The notes under the pieces are model-generated. The model saw nothing but the letters and a program-made list of their open reading frames with translations, made no database searches and had not been told where the DNA came from. This document shows, piece by piece, positions 46,359 through 60,282 of a stretch of 64,000 nucleotides of DNA (position 1 is the stretch's first letter; every line of letters begins with the position of its first letter). Source of the stretch: Tubiluchus corallicola (lineage: Eukaryota > Animalia > Priapulida); NCBI GenBank assembly GCA_030141605.1, contig JAQGDQ010000124.1:62001-126000 (forward strand), in the 5' to 3' direction. A program made the position numbers and the translations under genes.

Positions 46359-49300
46359 TCTCAATGATTTACACCTCAACCGTTGCAATCTAAAGTGATC
46401 ACAGGAATGAGACTTTTATCAGTCATGATTATAACATCAAAAATTCATTTACTAGATCTTCCTAAACTTATTGCCGTACCCTACACAAGTGTTAACCCAC
46501 TACTTTCATAAGTTCCCTTTACATCAGCATGACTAGTTTACATCCTTGAATGAAAAACAGTGTGATTTTGTTGCTGCTAACATAATGCTCGTGTTGCATA
46601 TCAGCTGAAAGTTTCTGAAGCATGTAGAAGAATCAAGTACTAAACTAAATTAGCTCGTATTTCACTGCCACAAATTTCATTGCATTGTTGAACAGCAGTT
46701 AAAGTATAAAAACAAAGCTATACAAGCAGAATCAGATATTAAAAAATCAATGGTTTACAGATATGAAACTCATCTTATGAAATATTTTTAACACAGTAAA
46801 AAGACAAATAATACAAAGTATGATAAAAAGAATATGTGTGCTTGCAAGGCAAACTCATCCATAAGTCGACAATTAACCTTTTCTAGCTATTCACATATCC
46901 TGAATCTCCGTTTCACGAGGATCATTTTGATACCAAGCTCATTGCTCTATGTTATTTCTAAGTTCAGATAATCCACGTTGAAGTTGAGGTGCACACTATG
47001 CACTGAAAAACATAATCTTGAGAAAATTGCTGTCAAAGTCAGCCATTGGTTTTTGTCGCGTCTCTACAAAACACTTAGCAACCGTACAAAAGTGTTGATG
47101 TTATGGACTTTGCAAGAACACATTGAAGTTATGTTTACATCCAGTAGATGGCTCTTTCTGACGAAGATCTGGTCTTGTCAACACAAAAAACCCAAAGCAA
47201 AATTAATGCTTCCACGAGCTACTATCGGAGTTTGAAAATACAAGTTTTTTACAATTGCAGTACTAGTTTCTATCCATAAAAGTGGGCATGGGGTTTGAAC
47301 ATGAGATTTTTGGTATTTTTTGGACATTTTCTTGATAATTTCATGCTAGAATATAAAAGTCCAATATATTTACCGTTGGTTTTTCTAAACACAAAAAAAT
47401 TCACATTTGAACAAATTTTTGGTGCATTCTTCTTTGAAGCACCATAACGTAGTTCTAACTATGTTGACTAATGGTTTGGGTTTACAAGCATACATATCAT
47501 CCTTGTTGCTTACTTGCATACTTCAGACAAATGATATTTCAGATATATGATGACAAATCACTCTTACAGACCAAAGTGCTGATAGATTGCAACACAACGA
47601 AAATTTCTCTAGATTTCATGAAACACATGCGTACTGTGATAGAGAAACTGCAGATTACCATCTGGGGAAACATGCTGCAATGCATTACTTTTAAATCTAA
47701 TCTTAGACACAACATATTTCAGTTTAATGACCAAGGCCAGAAATTATCTTACACTGTTACTGTACATTACTGTAACTGTCAAGAATATTACAGGATTTGA
47801 TGATTATTCAACGATAATCTGAGATGACATCAATCCTTCCAGTAATTTATAAATGTTTCTAATAAGCCACCATATTTTTTTAAAGATAGAACACATAATT
47901 ATAGACAACATCACAAGATAATTGAAAAACAAAACAAAATTCTGTACCAAAATCTACACTGCTGAGTTATTTCCGGATTAAATATCAATACAAAGCAAAT
48001 AAATTTAATAATTTTTTTCGTATGAAAGCGGGGCTGAGAAAAGCAGTGCAGATGTGGCAATTCAGTGGAGAGTCTTCATCTACCACAAGTTAAAACGCAG
48101 GACAATCATTTGGTCTTACATCACAATTTTGTGGCCTTCACAGCGTGCAAGGTGGTTTTATAAAGCGAAGTTTGGATTTAAAAAACAATGGATTATATTA
48201 AGTTAAAGTATTATACAGTTGTAATTATAATTATAACATTATAATTAATTTTTAGTTGCTGGCCTTTCACCTATAACTAAAACTAAAAAATAATTTAAAC
48301 CCACACAGTAACTAAAAATTAATTAAATGTTACAACTTTATATATATTATTATTATAATAAAGGGCATTAAAGTATGCAATAGAACGTTGCAATTTGATT
48401 ACACATCAGTTTACAACAAAAGAAGTGGAGTTGCTAGTCTGGATTAATTCATTACAGTTGTATCGTACTAATATTTCTATTAACAAGTGAAAACAAATGA
48501 ATTCTATTTCTAATTCAAGAAGATTGCAAAACTACTGTGCGAGCACAACACAAACTTGTTCAAGCTTACAGTCTCAGTAACCATTGCCGCTGATTACATT
48601 GCTATTTATTAGATGAAGTACTTCAAGTAGGGTACATCAATATATCAGTAAATACATATGCAAGTCGCGCAATTAATTACACTATTTTAACAACAAGGAC
48701 TTATTTCAAATAAGACTTTATTGACTTACATTTCCAGAACAATGTAACCTCTATTAAAAACCAACGTTACGAACGCCACGTTATCAACAAACTTGAGCAA
48801 TTTCCAGTCCAGCAATAAAAGAAACCTTTCTAGCAACAAGCGACCAAGTCATAGTTCAGCGTAAAAGTGGATCATCGAATACAGTCTTACAGGCGTGTAT
48901 GCTGTATAGTGGACCCAATAGCAATGAGCAAAGGACCATTGGCATTCATTGCCATTGGACACTTCTGTGTTATGCATAATTGCAGGATGCTTTTGATTTA
49001 CAACGGTTTTCATTTACACATATTACTTATTCTTGTACTTTTTGGTAAATTTAATAACTAGCATAGTGGGCTAGGACGGTGGCAAAATTCACTGCTAGGG
49101 CTGATTCCCAGGTAGGCAACACTGTGTTCATATCCAAGCACAGTGTTGGAGGCAAAATCACGTCAGCAGAAGAAAACATTAAAAAATTATGACCTTGATT
49201 AATTTGAATAGTTAAATGACGAACGGATTTCAAACTCAACAAAACTTACATGACATTGTAGCAGTGACACTTTTAAGCTATACATGTACACTATAATTAT

Positions 49301-51358
49301 ACCGGCATTTTCTATTTGACACAACTGAACCAAAAGATGCTATACTGTCACAGATATTCACCAATGTCCATCATGTTCAGATAAACACGTTGTCAATACA
49401 TGCATTTTTTGAAATGGATGAAAGATCACAAGACTAATTCAAACCTAAAAATGATCAATTTTAATGCTAAACAAAAAAATGAAAAAACAAGACTAGTTGA
49501 AATTCCCTTTAAATTTAGGCTGAATCAGATTTAATATTTGGCTGAAACACGACTAATCTAATGTCTGCGAAGAAATGTACAAAAATTTTAAATAAATCAA
49601 TAAGTATACAATTATGAGCCCCTCTCCTGAGCATGACATAATTAATGTCTGGCACAGCAAGAAAATGAAGCACTATTACTGGTCTTTTAAGTTTAATTTG
49701 TATTTTAAGATGGAGATTTTTGTAGTGAATGAAAAATCACTTTGAGTTAGAACCTAAAAAAATAATTAATATCCAATTTAGGGCTTTCGATTTTGATAGA
49801 GTACAATAGGCATGATTGATGCTAGCTGTGATAATTTGGAGTGAAATCAAGTAATTTCCATTGCTGACTACAACACTTTCTGGAACAATATACAAATGCT
49901 ACAAAAGTTGCTGCTATAGTAATCAGCAAAGCGTTTTCGTAAGCACATACAACATGTTTAACTACATCAACAACAGCAGCAATAGCAATGACTATGACAA
50001 TGAATCTTAAATATAGATAGCGTGGCAAAATAACAAAGTCAGCAACAGAAACAAGTAATAATATATGTACTAATAGCTTTAATTTTTTTAATATTAGATA
50101 AGAAGGATATGGCAATAGCTGGCTTGGTATGTGCATTGTGCATGCTCACAGGGGCAAACTAAGGGTCTAACTGGTTTAAAGCATCTGCAAACGAAGTTGC
50201 TGTACTTATTAGCTAATATTCCCAGCTATAAACTCAAATTTATTCACCCGGAATATTTAAGCACAGAACTTTGACTATTTGATTAAATATTAGCTCGCTC
50301 ACAAATAAAATCAGACTCATGCACTGAATCAGCATAGAATCAGATTACCAGCAAACTTCTTGGAAACTATAATGTTATGGAGCTGTTCTTCAGTTTTTGT
50401 GTAGATCTATCAACAGCATTATCTTTACTCCTGGCAAATTAAAATGATTTTGTTTATCGTGTGTTTTTGCTTTGATTAGCTAACAGGCGAGTTGTTGTTT
50501 GTTAATCGTGGCTATCTCTGATGAGGATTCTAAAACGTTTGACAAGGGAAATATGTTGCATGTCTTAATGTCCTTCTCTTACAAGTGTCGTTCTTACAAG
50601 TTCAAATTACAGTGTAAAAAACAGACAGTACCCAAGTTACCTAAGTGGTCAAGGCTATCTTGTGCAAAATATATATGGCTTAGTATTCTGTGTCCAAATG
50701 TGGATACATTTTGAAAAACTAAAATTAATGTTTCGTGTTCAGTATACGTGTAATTGTTCAAGTGCTTACTGGCAATGCGCAAAATAGAAAAACAAAATAC
50801 TTGTAATTTAGCATATTCATGCATGCTCTTGTAAATATTATTATTACTTTAGCAAATTTTATCTATAGTCTTTAAACAACTTTTAAAGGTATCCAGAACA
50901 AAGCAGAAGAAGGCACAATCTGGTCATTAACAAGTTTCCAGTATTAACATTTATATTTGTATTTGTTGCAAAATGAATGATATTTTTATGTGTTCTGCAC
51001 GCAGCAGCAGTGTTTTACATTGCTAAGAGCAGTTGTTGCAATAAGGCCCACTCTTGGTAGTTTGATGCCCTAGGCAAAAATATTTTTAGCACCCCTCCTC
51101 AACTGAGACTACTTCCCATTATACTTCCCATGCATCCCACCGACAAAATTGAAATTTTGCAGTATAATAATAAAGCATAATGATACCTGTGCATTAGGAC
51201 TACACTTGCATTGCAGTGTACTAATTAACTGTAGTTTGTTACGTATCTACCGCTCGTGTTAATGTCATTTGAAATTGAACTTATGACCTGACTGAGACTC
51301 CCGGGTCTTCGTGACTAATTTGTAAGCCTCAAAAATATCATAAATTACTGTAAGTACA

Positions 51359-51427
51359 TAATTATTATTATTATTATCATCATCATTATCATCATCATAA
51401 TTATTATTATCATCATCATCTTCATCC
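51359..51427. repeat. (ATT)n/(ATC)n compound microsatellite
   Basis: Directly visible. Confidence 0.9.
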
Positions 51428-52692
51428 TAATTAGTATAAGTATGGTTGTAATAATGTACTTTTCCTCTTCGAGTACTGTAATTTATGATAATGGTTAGAC
51501 ATTGGTGCTTAGCGGTGCCGCGAGGAAAGAAATTTACTTGAATAAAATTACAGAAAGAATAACTGTATTACTCTGTCTGCCGCCTCATTGCCGTAAACAG
51601 GTATAAAATGCTTTCGGGCATGGAGCGTGGGATGTGGATTATGTTGTTCTGTTGTTGTGTATCGGAATTCTGAGATAATCTGAAGTTCTATAAAAAAGAT
51701 ATAATTTTGTTCCTAATAGTGTAAGTTTTAACCAGAAAACGATTTTGGGCAAGTTGATGTACCGGTTCCTCGGAGGTAGGCGTAGTAGTAGTACGTGAAA
51801 ATTGAGTTTAACATTCAGTGATTCAATGCCACTAACTGCTAGATTAAGCTAATGTGCCAGACCATTTTGATTTCTTAGGTGAATATACTGGATGTTTTTT
51901 ATGCAGAATTAATTTGCCGTTGCTGTTCTTAAAGTTGATGTTAAACTAGTTGGAGAAAATAAATGTTCTATGTTTAAAGCAAGTCAGATTATAATTTTGA
52001 TTGATTGATTGAATATCTTTATTGACATAAACATATGACTAAGTGTTTCGCTAATTAGCACGGAATTATTTCCTGGTAAAAAATCCCAGAGGCACAGATA
52101 AGAGGCCTGGGGAAGAACTGGATTGACAGGCATGTTAGATTTTAGAAATCAAGTGAATAAAATAATTAGAATAGAAGAGAAATGACTGAAAGCACCTTGA
52201 AGCATAAAAGTTAAAACTATTGACAAAAGAGCAACATGTACTGATGTAGCACAGATGAGGCACAACTGCAAATGTTAATCTAATTTAGCCTTAGGGTAAT
52301 TATTGTAAGCTTGATGTCTTTCTTAATATGTGTTGTAGATTCCCTGCTAAAAAGAAGCTTATAAGCCAAATTCCACTGAAGAGTGTTTTGAAATGCAGTG
52401 ATGTATCACTAGCAGTAATATGTGGCTGTAACTGATTGTTTAATACTATTTTACTAAGATGAGATCTTAGACTAGCTTTGCCTTGTTGAGCCAGTAAGTC
52501 AAATGGTAGACCATATGCCATAAAAGCACAGTTTCTAGGTTTAATCCCTGACTGACTTGTAATTTTTCAGTGCCTTCTTTTTTAATTAATTATTGTAAGT
52601 GTGATGTCTTTCTGAATATGGTATCGTGAAGGTTTCAAATAATGATTTTTGTGAGTTATAGCATCAGCACATGAAGCAAATTATGGTTCAGA

Positions 52693-53105
52693 TAGGGGTG
52701 CACCAAATGCACGTTTTCATCAACCGAACCAAAACCAATTTTTGTTATTTTGGGTGCCACCGAACCGAAGCTTAGCCAATTGATCGGCTGTGCTGCCAAA
52801 TCGAATTCCAAATAAAATATCAAATTAAATTGATATTTACCAATTCCTGACCAAAGCCGAACCAAATCTTCTTGTAATTCTAATCAGCAAGTATAATAGT
52901 ATAGTAGAATAGGCAAATAGTATTATAAGGAAATTCGGTTTGTTTAATATAATTTTCACCGATTGTGGCACTTATTAAAAAAATAATTTTGGAATACAGA
53001 AGGTTCACCGACTCTTTGGTGATTACAACCTTAAGTTTACCAGACCAGATTTTTATACTGATATTTGGGGAAAATTCCATTATCCAAGTATTCGGTGCAT
53101 CCCTA
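52693..53105. mobile_element. Non-autonomous hAT-like MITE
   Basis: TIR TAGGGGTGCACCAAAT / ATTCGGTGCATCCCTA. 8-bp TSD GGTTCAGA / GGCTCAGA (7/8). CCGAA subterminal repeats. Confidence 0.8.
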
Positions 53106-56031
53106 GGCTCAGAGTTTGACTTGAGCTAAAAGATCTGCTTTGGAATGAATCGGCCTAATGTCTCAATTTAAGGCATCAGAAAACTAATCGTAAAATTTAG
53201 CGAAACTTCATTTTAGGCTGATCTTGGGAAGGAATTTATTTTAGTTCTAAGCTCCTCTGCGACAAAAGGAAATAATTTCAGTTCCAACTTCTATTTTGTT
53301 ACAAAAAAATTCTCGAAGACGAACTCTTTTTACAGCCCCGGTAGTTTGTGTAACTTGAAGGACTGTCCTCTTGTTAATCATGTATACTGTCTATATAATG
53401 TTGTTCATCTCTTTTAGTACTCTTTACATATGTCACAGTTATGTTCCTAATTTCCTAAGCTTTAGTTTTTCCCTGCAGTAACTTTTTTGTCTACTGACCA
53501 TAGGTCTTTTGATACCATGCCTTACAGGATGTCAAAGTTGCCATCGGGGATGATTGTCGCGTATTGATGTGTAAAAAATAGTAGTAAACGCAAGTGGCTC
53601 AACATGAGGTGCAATCAATACAACCCAAATCACATAAGTATTGTATAGAAGTAGGCTACTATATACATAAAAGTTCACTATCTAGATAGTAGATAGTAGA
53701 TAGACCTAATTATAAGTGACGGGATGTATACGTATAAGTGTAACAAAATGTAGACCTGTGAATGTGCTTAGTACGTTCAGTATTGGAACTTGAGGGAAAA
53801 ATTTCATTCAGTTATTGAAATGATCATTGCTTTATTAATTGAAAGTACTACTGTTTGATGTTTGTATTTGAATCATCCCGGTCTTACTTGCAATGTTCAT
53901 GGAATTTAACAGTAATTCAATTAGGTTTTGCTTTGTGTTTTATTTGGTTCAAACAGGCTGAAACGTCATGTTTTCCTTTTCTCTATTGTATTGTATAGTG
54001 ATATTGTATTAATCTGGCTTTAATTTAACTGCAGTTCAACAGGTTTGGCAATTCACTAGGGTTTAGACATGGCTTATAAAACTAGTTTAGTCATAAAAGT
54101 CGTTTTTTTTGCTTGTGACTTAGTGTGAGCTGCCACCCGGTATTGCTTATCTAAGTGAACAAGGTGTTATTTGGTATGTCACGCGTAAAATATTTCTAGT
54201 ATGCCCCACAGCCATGCAAAGTTCGCGCTAAATAGATAGTACTTAACAAGTTAATTGCATGTGATGAGCTTTGCCCATAAATACATCTAGTCACATTATA
54301 TCAATGTTCTGTTTTAAAATTACAATCATTATAACTTAAACTCTCCTGATATAAATAGTATTAAATAGGATGTGCCATTACCTTAACTGTTTTGTTTAAT
54401 TTACCAAATTGCACACATTGACAAGTACTAAAGCTAATTTAAGTTGAAAGCTACACTTTCACACAATCTTGATCATTCTAGCAAAAAGCGAAACAGATGA
54501 GTTGCATTTTAAATTCCAGTGTAAACTTGGAAATCCTTTTTCAAAAAGCTTTGCCCAAGGTCAAGTTAGGCATATATGTCAAACTCAACTTATGCTCTTT
54601 CAAATTTCGACGAATTTTGCACTGCTAGCTGTAATCTTCTTAACAGTTTTCCAATTCTAAAAGATTTTTTACAATACTGGTTTTAGAGCCTTTTTAACAA
54701 TTATTTAGCAGAGCAGATCATTGTACATCATAAAGTTTTTACTTGTTTTTTGTGCAGGCATAATGGCAGAAAATGGCAAAAGTTTTTGCAGATCATTTTC
54801 ACATGTCTAGAGTCAATTTACTCGTAAGCAATTGTAATTATTCTGTACTTGTGTGCATGTGTGATGCATACAAGTAGGCCTAGACATTTTATTATGTTGC
54901 TATGATATCGCAAATTATGGTACTGGACTACTGGTAGCATAAATATTTATTGCTTTTTATAGCACTATATGGTTGTTTTCTACTGATAATAGAACCAAGT
55001 TTGTTCTGTACTCATTTGTGAAATAGACCAGTTATCTCACTCTGACAAAAAGTTTATAAAATACCTTTATTTAGTTTTGGGAGAAATTGCAGCCATAATT
55101 TAAAATTGCAAGTGTTTGGCAAAATTTTAAAGCTTGGCAAATTAGCAGCCCAGACCAAAAAGTGCAATTTTCTGCAGGTAAACCTCCACTATGGTTGAAT
55201 AGAGAGGGCACCTGTAGCGTAATTAATCCAATCTGTCTACATGTCCATCTCTGATTTACATACAGCCTGCAGAGTTGAAATTTTACACGTTGCTTAAGTA
55301 TGGCGTCTTAGATTTTGTGGTTAATGTGTTCATAATCTGTACACAAATGACTACACTAATCACTTCAACGGTACTGCAAATGTGTGTCTGCTGTCTGACT
55401 TCACAATGAAGTAAGCCTGGCAAATGTATTGCGTTGAGTGCACGTGGAAAACTACAGCTAGGTTCTTACTTATCAAATTTCATATTAAACTCAGAATTAC
55501 AAATTTACCATATGCGGTATGCAACAGACACAAATTTGTTCACATAGGCATTTGGTGTCATCTCTGGCTTCCCCCCTCTGTATCCCTTCCTTGAAACTTC
55601 ATTTTGCAAATTTTATAAGTTTGATTTTACAATTTGGCTATGTGCCTTTTTCACGTGTCTGAAGTTGATTTATGTGCAAAAACTGCTTTCACATATTCAG
55701 TTTGCTTTAAAGTGTTTTCCGTGTAAATTGTGTTGAATGATGATTGCTGAGCAGAAAGAAACTGGCATCTGCTGACTAAGGCAACAGTTATTGATTAGTC
55801 ATGTCTGTAGTTTAATGCTTGGCTTGGGGGCAGTGTCTGATAGGTCTCACTCTAACCTTACACAGTGTTTATTATGACTCTCTCAGAAAAAATATTACGA
55901 GTATTGCTATAAGCCTGTGTGTGTCATTCGTTTGTAAATCAGCATTCATCTTGCAGGTGTTTCTGTGCGAAGTCTGTTGAAGCCATGTGAAGAAACAATC
56001 TACTAGTTAATTCTACCTGACAAGCGAAGCC

Positions 56032-59000
56032 ATGGCTGCAACCTCAGCAGTGTGCAATGTTATGTTTAGAGTTGTTCTACCTCTTTGCCTGCTGTGTGGT
56101 TTGTATTGAATTTTGTTGATTCTATTTTACGTGAACTACTGAATTCTATTTTTGTTGTGGTCTGAGGAATGCATGTCTTTGCCGCCATGAAAGTCAAAAC
56201 ATCATGATTCATAAGTTTCATTGAGTGACATTTAAAGGTGATATTGCTCTAAAAAGTACAAAAAAACTTTAATGGTTATGAATTAGAATTGCAAATGTAT
56301 TATGCAGATAATGTCAAATAGGATAATACTTCTCCTATTTGACATTAGGCTTTTCAATTGTGAATTCATGTTTGCTTTCTGTATATTTAGTTACAATTGC
56401 GGCAGCTGTACATACTAAAATCCAACTTTTTTGGCTGTCTTATTAATTGCCATTAATTGTTCAATTAATAACAGAATCAATGTTATTGAATATTTCAGCA
56501 ACAATATTCCGTTTTAATGGATTATCATTCGTCTATGGTCTCCTGCTGCTCATCTCCGCCCTTCTACCAGGACCGACTTACCAAACTATGGCTAGTAAGT
56601 AGAAATATTGCCTTTTGATTTGCTTGCTTATATAAAGTACTCATTTTTTCTAAATTTAGAAACACATTTGCATTTGGGGCGACATATAGCCAGCATCTGC
56701 AAAGAAATATTTTTCTAACATTTACAAGGACCACATTAATTTCACATATTTCTGGTGCTGTTATTACACTAAGTGTGGTTAACATGGGTAGTTCATTAAG
56801 TCTTAACTACTATCTCCAGCTAGAAAACACTTTCTGATATATGTGTTTTTTGTATCTTGAATTCTTAGTAAGGGGAAAGATAAAAATCTGACTTGATTTA
56901 AAATCAATTTTTTTGTATTTTGTCAACAACAACTACTGAATGGAATGCCGTTTTCAAAATTTTAATGTCTTTTGCTTCTCTCTACAGGTCACACTGGGCG
57001 CTACCTGAGAACGGTTACAGCGTTGTCATGCCTGTTTGGCATAGCACAGCTTGTTTTTCATGTTACGCTACTGTGCATGCCACCGTATTCTCAACATTTG
57101 CCTAACTGTAAGTGTTTAATTAGCATTCAGAGGTTTTATTAATTATTTTTTATATCGTAAGTTAACATGTTGCTGATGTGGTTTTGTAGTCCTTTTCTCA
57201 ACTATAAGTAAAATGTTAAACCAAAATGTCGCTTTGAAATTGAGAAAATACTTTTTACACAACACAGTCAGGAAACACTATATTTTGAGCAAATTGTTTT
57301 AGTTTTCTTTCTACTTTTTTTAGGTACCAGAGCAGAAAAAATTGTACGACAAATTGGCTTCCAAAGGTAGGCTAATAAACATTTTAAATGTTTCTACATT
57401 GCAATATTCTTAATTCGTTTAAGCTTATTCAGTTTAGCTAGCACGTATGGCAGGGTTAAGGATGTTGTTGTTACCCAAATTAGTTTTGATTAAAACAAAT
57501 AATTATTTTCTTGGCAAGTTTTTTTGTTTTTATGGAGACACATCACTTACTGTCATTTAATGTATATATATATACACAAACAGATCCCAAGCTATTAATT
57601 TGAAGCTCAATCACTATATTAAAGTCAAATTTTTCGTGCACAAAATTATGCAACAGTTTTTATCATGCACATCACTTTGTGTTATTGTTTGAGGTATTTA
57701 TATTTAATACTGGTTTTGAGTTTTACCATTTTCAATATAGCATTCGTATATTGGTTAGCATATTGCTTGAATGCTTTACATTTATAGAACTTGTTTTTAG
57801 AAGCATTCAGTATTTACTGTGAAATGTATATTTCAGGCTTAATGGTGCCACTGTCATTGAAGCTCTTAGACAACTAATGCCTGACATAGGCATGATTGTG
57901 ATCTCTATATTAACATTCGTATTGTGTTCAAAAGTCCCGGTGCCGGATGTAAATGACTTATCAGACTCTTCAAACGAAATAGCGGCGACTAAAACACAGA
58001 GGATACGACGTCCTAGTGCATCGCACATGGTTGCAATATATCTGGGAGAGTTGTTTGTAGTGTTAATGCTTGTGATAGCTGGAGTTATATATCCATCTGT
58101 GCTCTCATCTGTGTATTTCCTGTCATTCCTCGGTATAGCCACCTGGTGGTCGTGTTACAAGTCACTCGGATGCAGGTTCTCTTATGTGCGCGTTATCATC
58201 ATGGTTTATACGGGACTGCATTTGCTTCTCATCTACCTGTACCAGTTTGAATTCTTTCAGGAAGCTTTGGATCATGAAAGTCTTCCCGCCAGGTGAGTGC
58301 TTGCAACAGGTGATAGTCACATTTTTCTCTTTACTGTACATTTCCACGGTTTCATATCTAAGTAAATGAATTGCAGATATTAAATGCTGTAGTGATGTTA
58401 TTCCTATTACAATATAGTAGATAATTTGTTTGTTCTGCATACACCAAGTGCCAAAAAGCAGATACAGGTTTAATTAGTTGATGCGTTTTGAATTTAGCAA
58501 TTATTGTTTCAGATAAGACTAGGTTAAACAAATTGAATTACATTGCATCCTGTGTAAGTTTCTGTTGTGGCTGTCTATTCAATGATATATATGCAGAAAA
58601 TAAATAAATTATAGCTTCAAATTTTCCATTAACAAAATTATGTCGTACAAAAATGTTTTATAATTACTTGTTTGAGGTGTATAGTACATACAAAAATAGC
58701 TCTCTGCAAATTTTGGGCATCCAGTTTTTTCTTTTATGTTGAAGTGACATGTAAAATGCTTTTTGAAAACAACTATTTGCCATTTTTGATGCATCATAGA
58801 GTCATCATTCCAGAAAATGTCATGTATGGTTTAGTTTTACGGCATTTCTTCTTTTATTTTTTCCCATATGCATACCTTTCACTGCATACAAGCTCGCGTC
58901 AGCTTCACACCACTTACTGGAACACATAATAGCAATTCCAAGAACTATGTCTATCTTACAAGTCAATAAAAAATCTTTCAAGATGTTCTTTCACGACAGA

Positions 59001-60282
59001 TTTGAAGTGTACCTGCTAGAGTAGTCATTACTTGAAGTTTCTTGCTGCTCTTCAACTCTTTGTGTGCATTAATAGTGTTGCCATTGGCTTCTGTTAAAGA
59101 CTGTTATAATAGTCACCCGTAGCTCGTTGATTAAAGCAGCTGTTACTTTAACACTTTGCTATCATTTATGATCCATTACTGAGAAATGCAGCTGGAACAA
59201 TGTACATTCTTCAGAGAGATTCTGTCAGCACCTTTACTGAGATCTTTGTCTTAATTCATGACAAATTCTCATGTACATCATGTACTATTCAGAGAGCTTA
59301 GTTTTTTTTTTAAATAACTAGAACGAATCCTTCCAGCAAAGTTTGAGGCTTTGGCAGAAGATCATAAGTAATAAGTCTTTTCATAGTTTCGCAATGTGTA
59401 TGCGCAGTTGCTCTAGGTCAAAGATTAAGTGTACCACAGCAATGCATCTTAACTACAACCGTCACGTGACCTGGGTAAAGCAAAACTGCCTGCGGTGTCA
59501 GCTCAGTAATATCAGTTGGTTTACATGGACTTTACTTAATTATGAACTAGTCTGTGCGTAGAGTGATTTGCTAGCAGGATCTTGCTTGGGAACAATAAAA
59601 AATGAACTAGGTAACCTTCTAGTTAGCTGTTAAAACTGTTACTATTATAATAGCATGCGCTGCAAGGCGTTGTCAAGTGTACACAAATGCGTTGTCTGGT
59701 ACACTTATCCTTTGACCTTTTCACGTTCACATCAGTCACCGGAACTGTGAAAAAGCTTATTGACAGTTTGCACATTGTTTCATACTAAAAATATAATATA
59801 ATTTGTAACAATGGCTTCTGAGTTTCACTATTGTACTACAATGGGAGTAATGCTCTACATAATTTAAAATGCGATAAGGCATTTGATAAAATATCTGATG
59901 TAAAGTTTTCAAGCACTGTTTCCGTCTTTCCAAAACACCAATATTTTCTGTAAAAGATTAACCGTAATAAACAATTGACAATGTCTTGAATATTAGTTAA
60001 AAGGAAGCTCTATTAATACAAGTAGAATATATTCAATATATGCTGGTTTTTTAGAATTGGTCTTCCTAGTATCCAGCATACTTAGATTTCTGTTATTAAT
60101 TATGATTTCTCTTATTTTATTTCAGGTTACTAGGATTAACTACACTAGTTGATTTCAGCTGCACTAGTCCACTTTCATTTGACTTTGCGCAAAACAGCTG
60201 GCCTGCATTCGTAAATCCATTCTGCCTCTTGATTTCCTATTGGCTATTAGCAACCGAGACACGGTGGTGGACGCGAATACCT
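56032..60282 (+). CDS. PIEZO: Piezo-type mechanosensitive ion channel, N-terminal exons; gene continues beyond window end
   Basis: Exons 56032-56098 (MAATSAVCNVMFRVVLPLCLLC), 56499-56594 (ATIFRFNGLSFVYGLLLL...LPGP), 56988-57107 (SHTGRYLR...), 57324-57366 (...RQIGFQR), 57837-58292 (L...LMPDIG...AGVIYPSVLSSVYFLSFLGIATWWSC...HLLLIYLYQF...PAR) and 60126-60282 (LLGL...WPAFVNP). GT-AG and phase-compatible; motifs match the Piezo N-terminus (FR.N..S.VY, GHTGR, PS..S.VY, ARLLGL). Confidence 0.93.

Noticed and set aside
45984-46398. Four overlapping His/Thr- or Cys/Val-rich ORFs
   Set aside because: Artefacts of a TG-rich degenerate minisatellite next to the GALNT 5' UTR acceptor; no protein-like complexity.
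50519-50545. Hammerhead-like CTGATGAG...AAAAC (also CTGATGACCCGAATAAG near 11440)
   Set aside because: The required GAAA core and stems I/III are not intact; at best decayed Penelope/SINE-like remnants.
48730-51780. Candidate non-coding first exons of GALNT (minus donor near 48729) and Piezo (plus donor near 51721)
   Set aside because: Only splice-donor-like motifs and mild CpG enrichment; not supportable without transcript data.
52485-52557. tRNA-like sequence (A-box/B-box-like; a similar one on minus near 60490-60550)
   Set aside because: No complete cloverleaf, degenerate T-loop; probably decayed tRNA-derived SINE heads, not tRNA genes.
57807-58440. Minus-strand and alternate-frame ORFs over Piezo exon 5
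   Set aside because: Antisense or out-of-frame shadows of a real exon.
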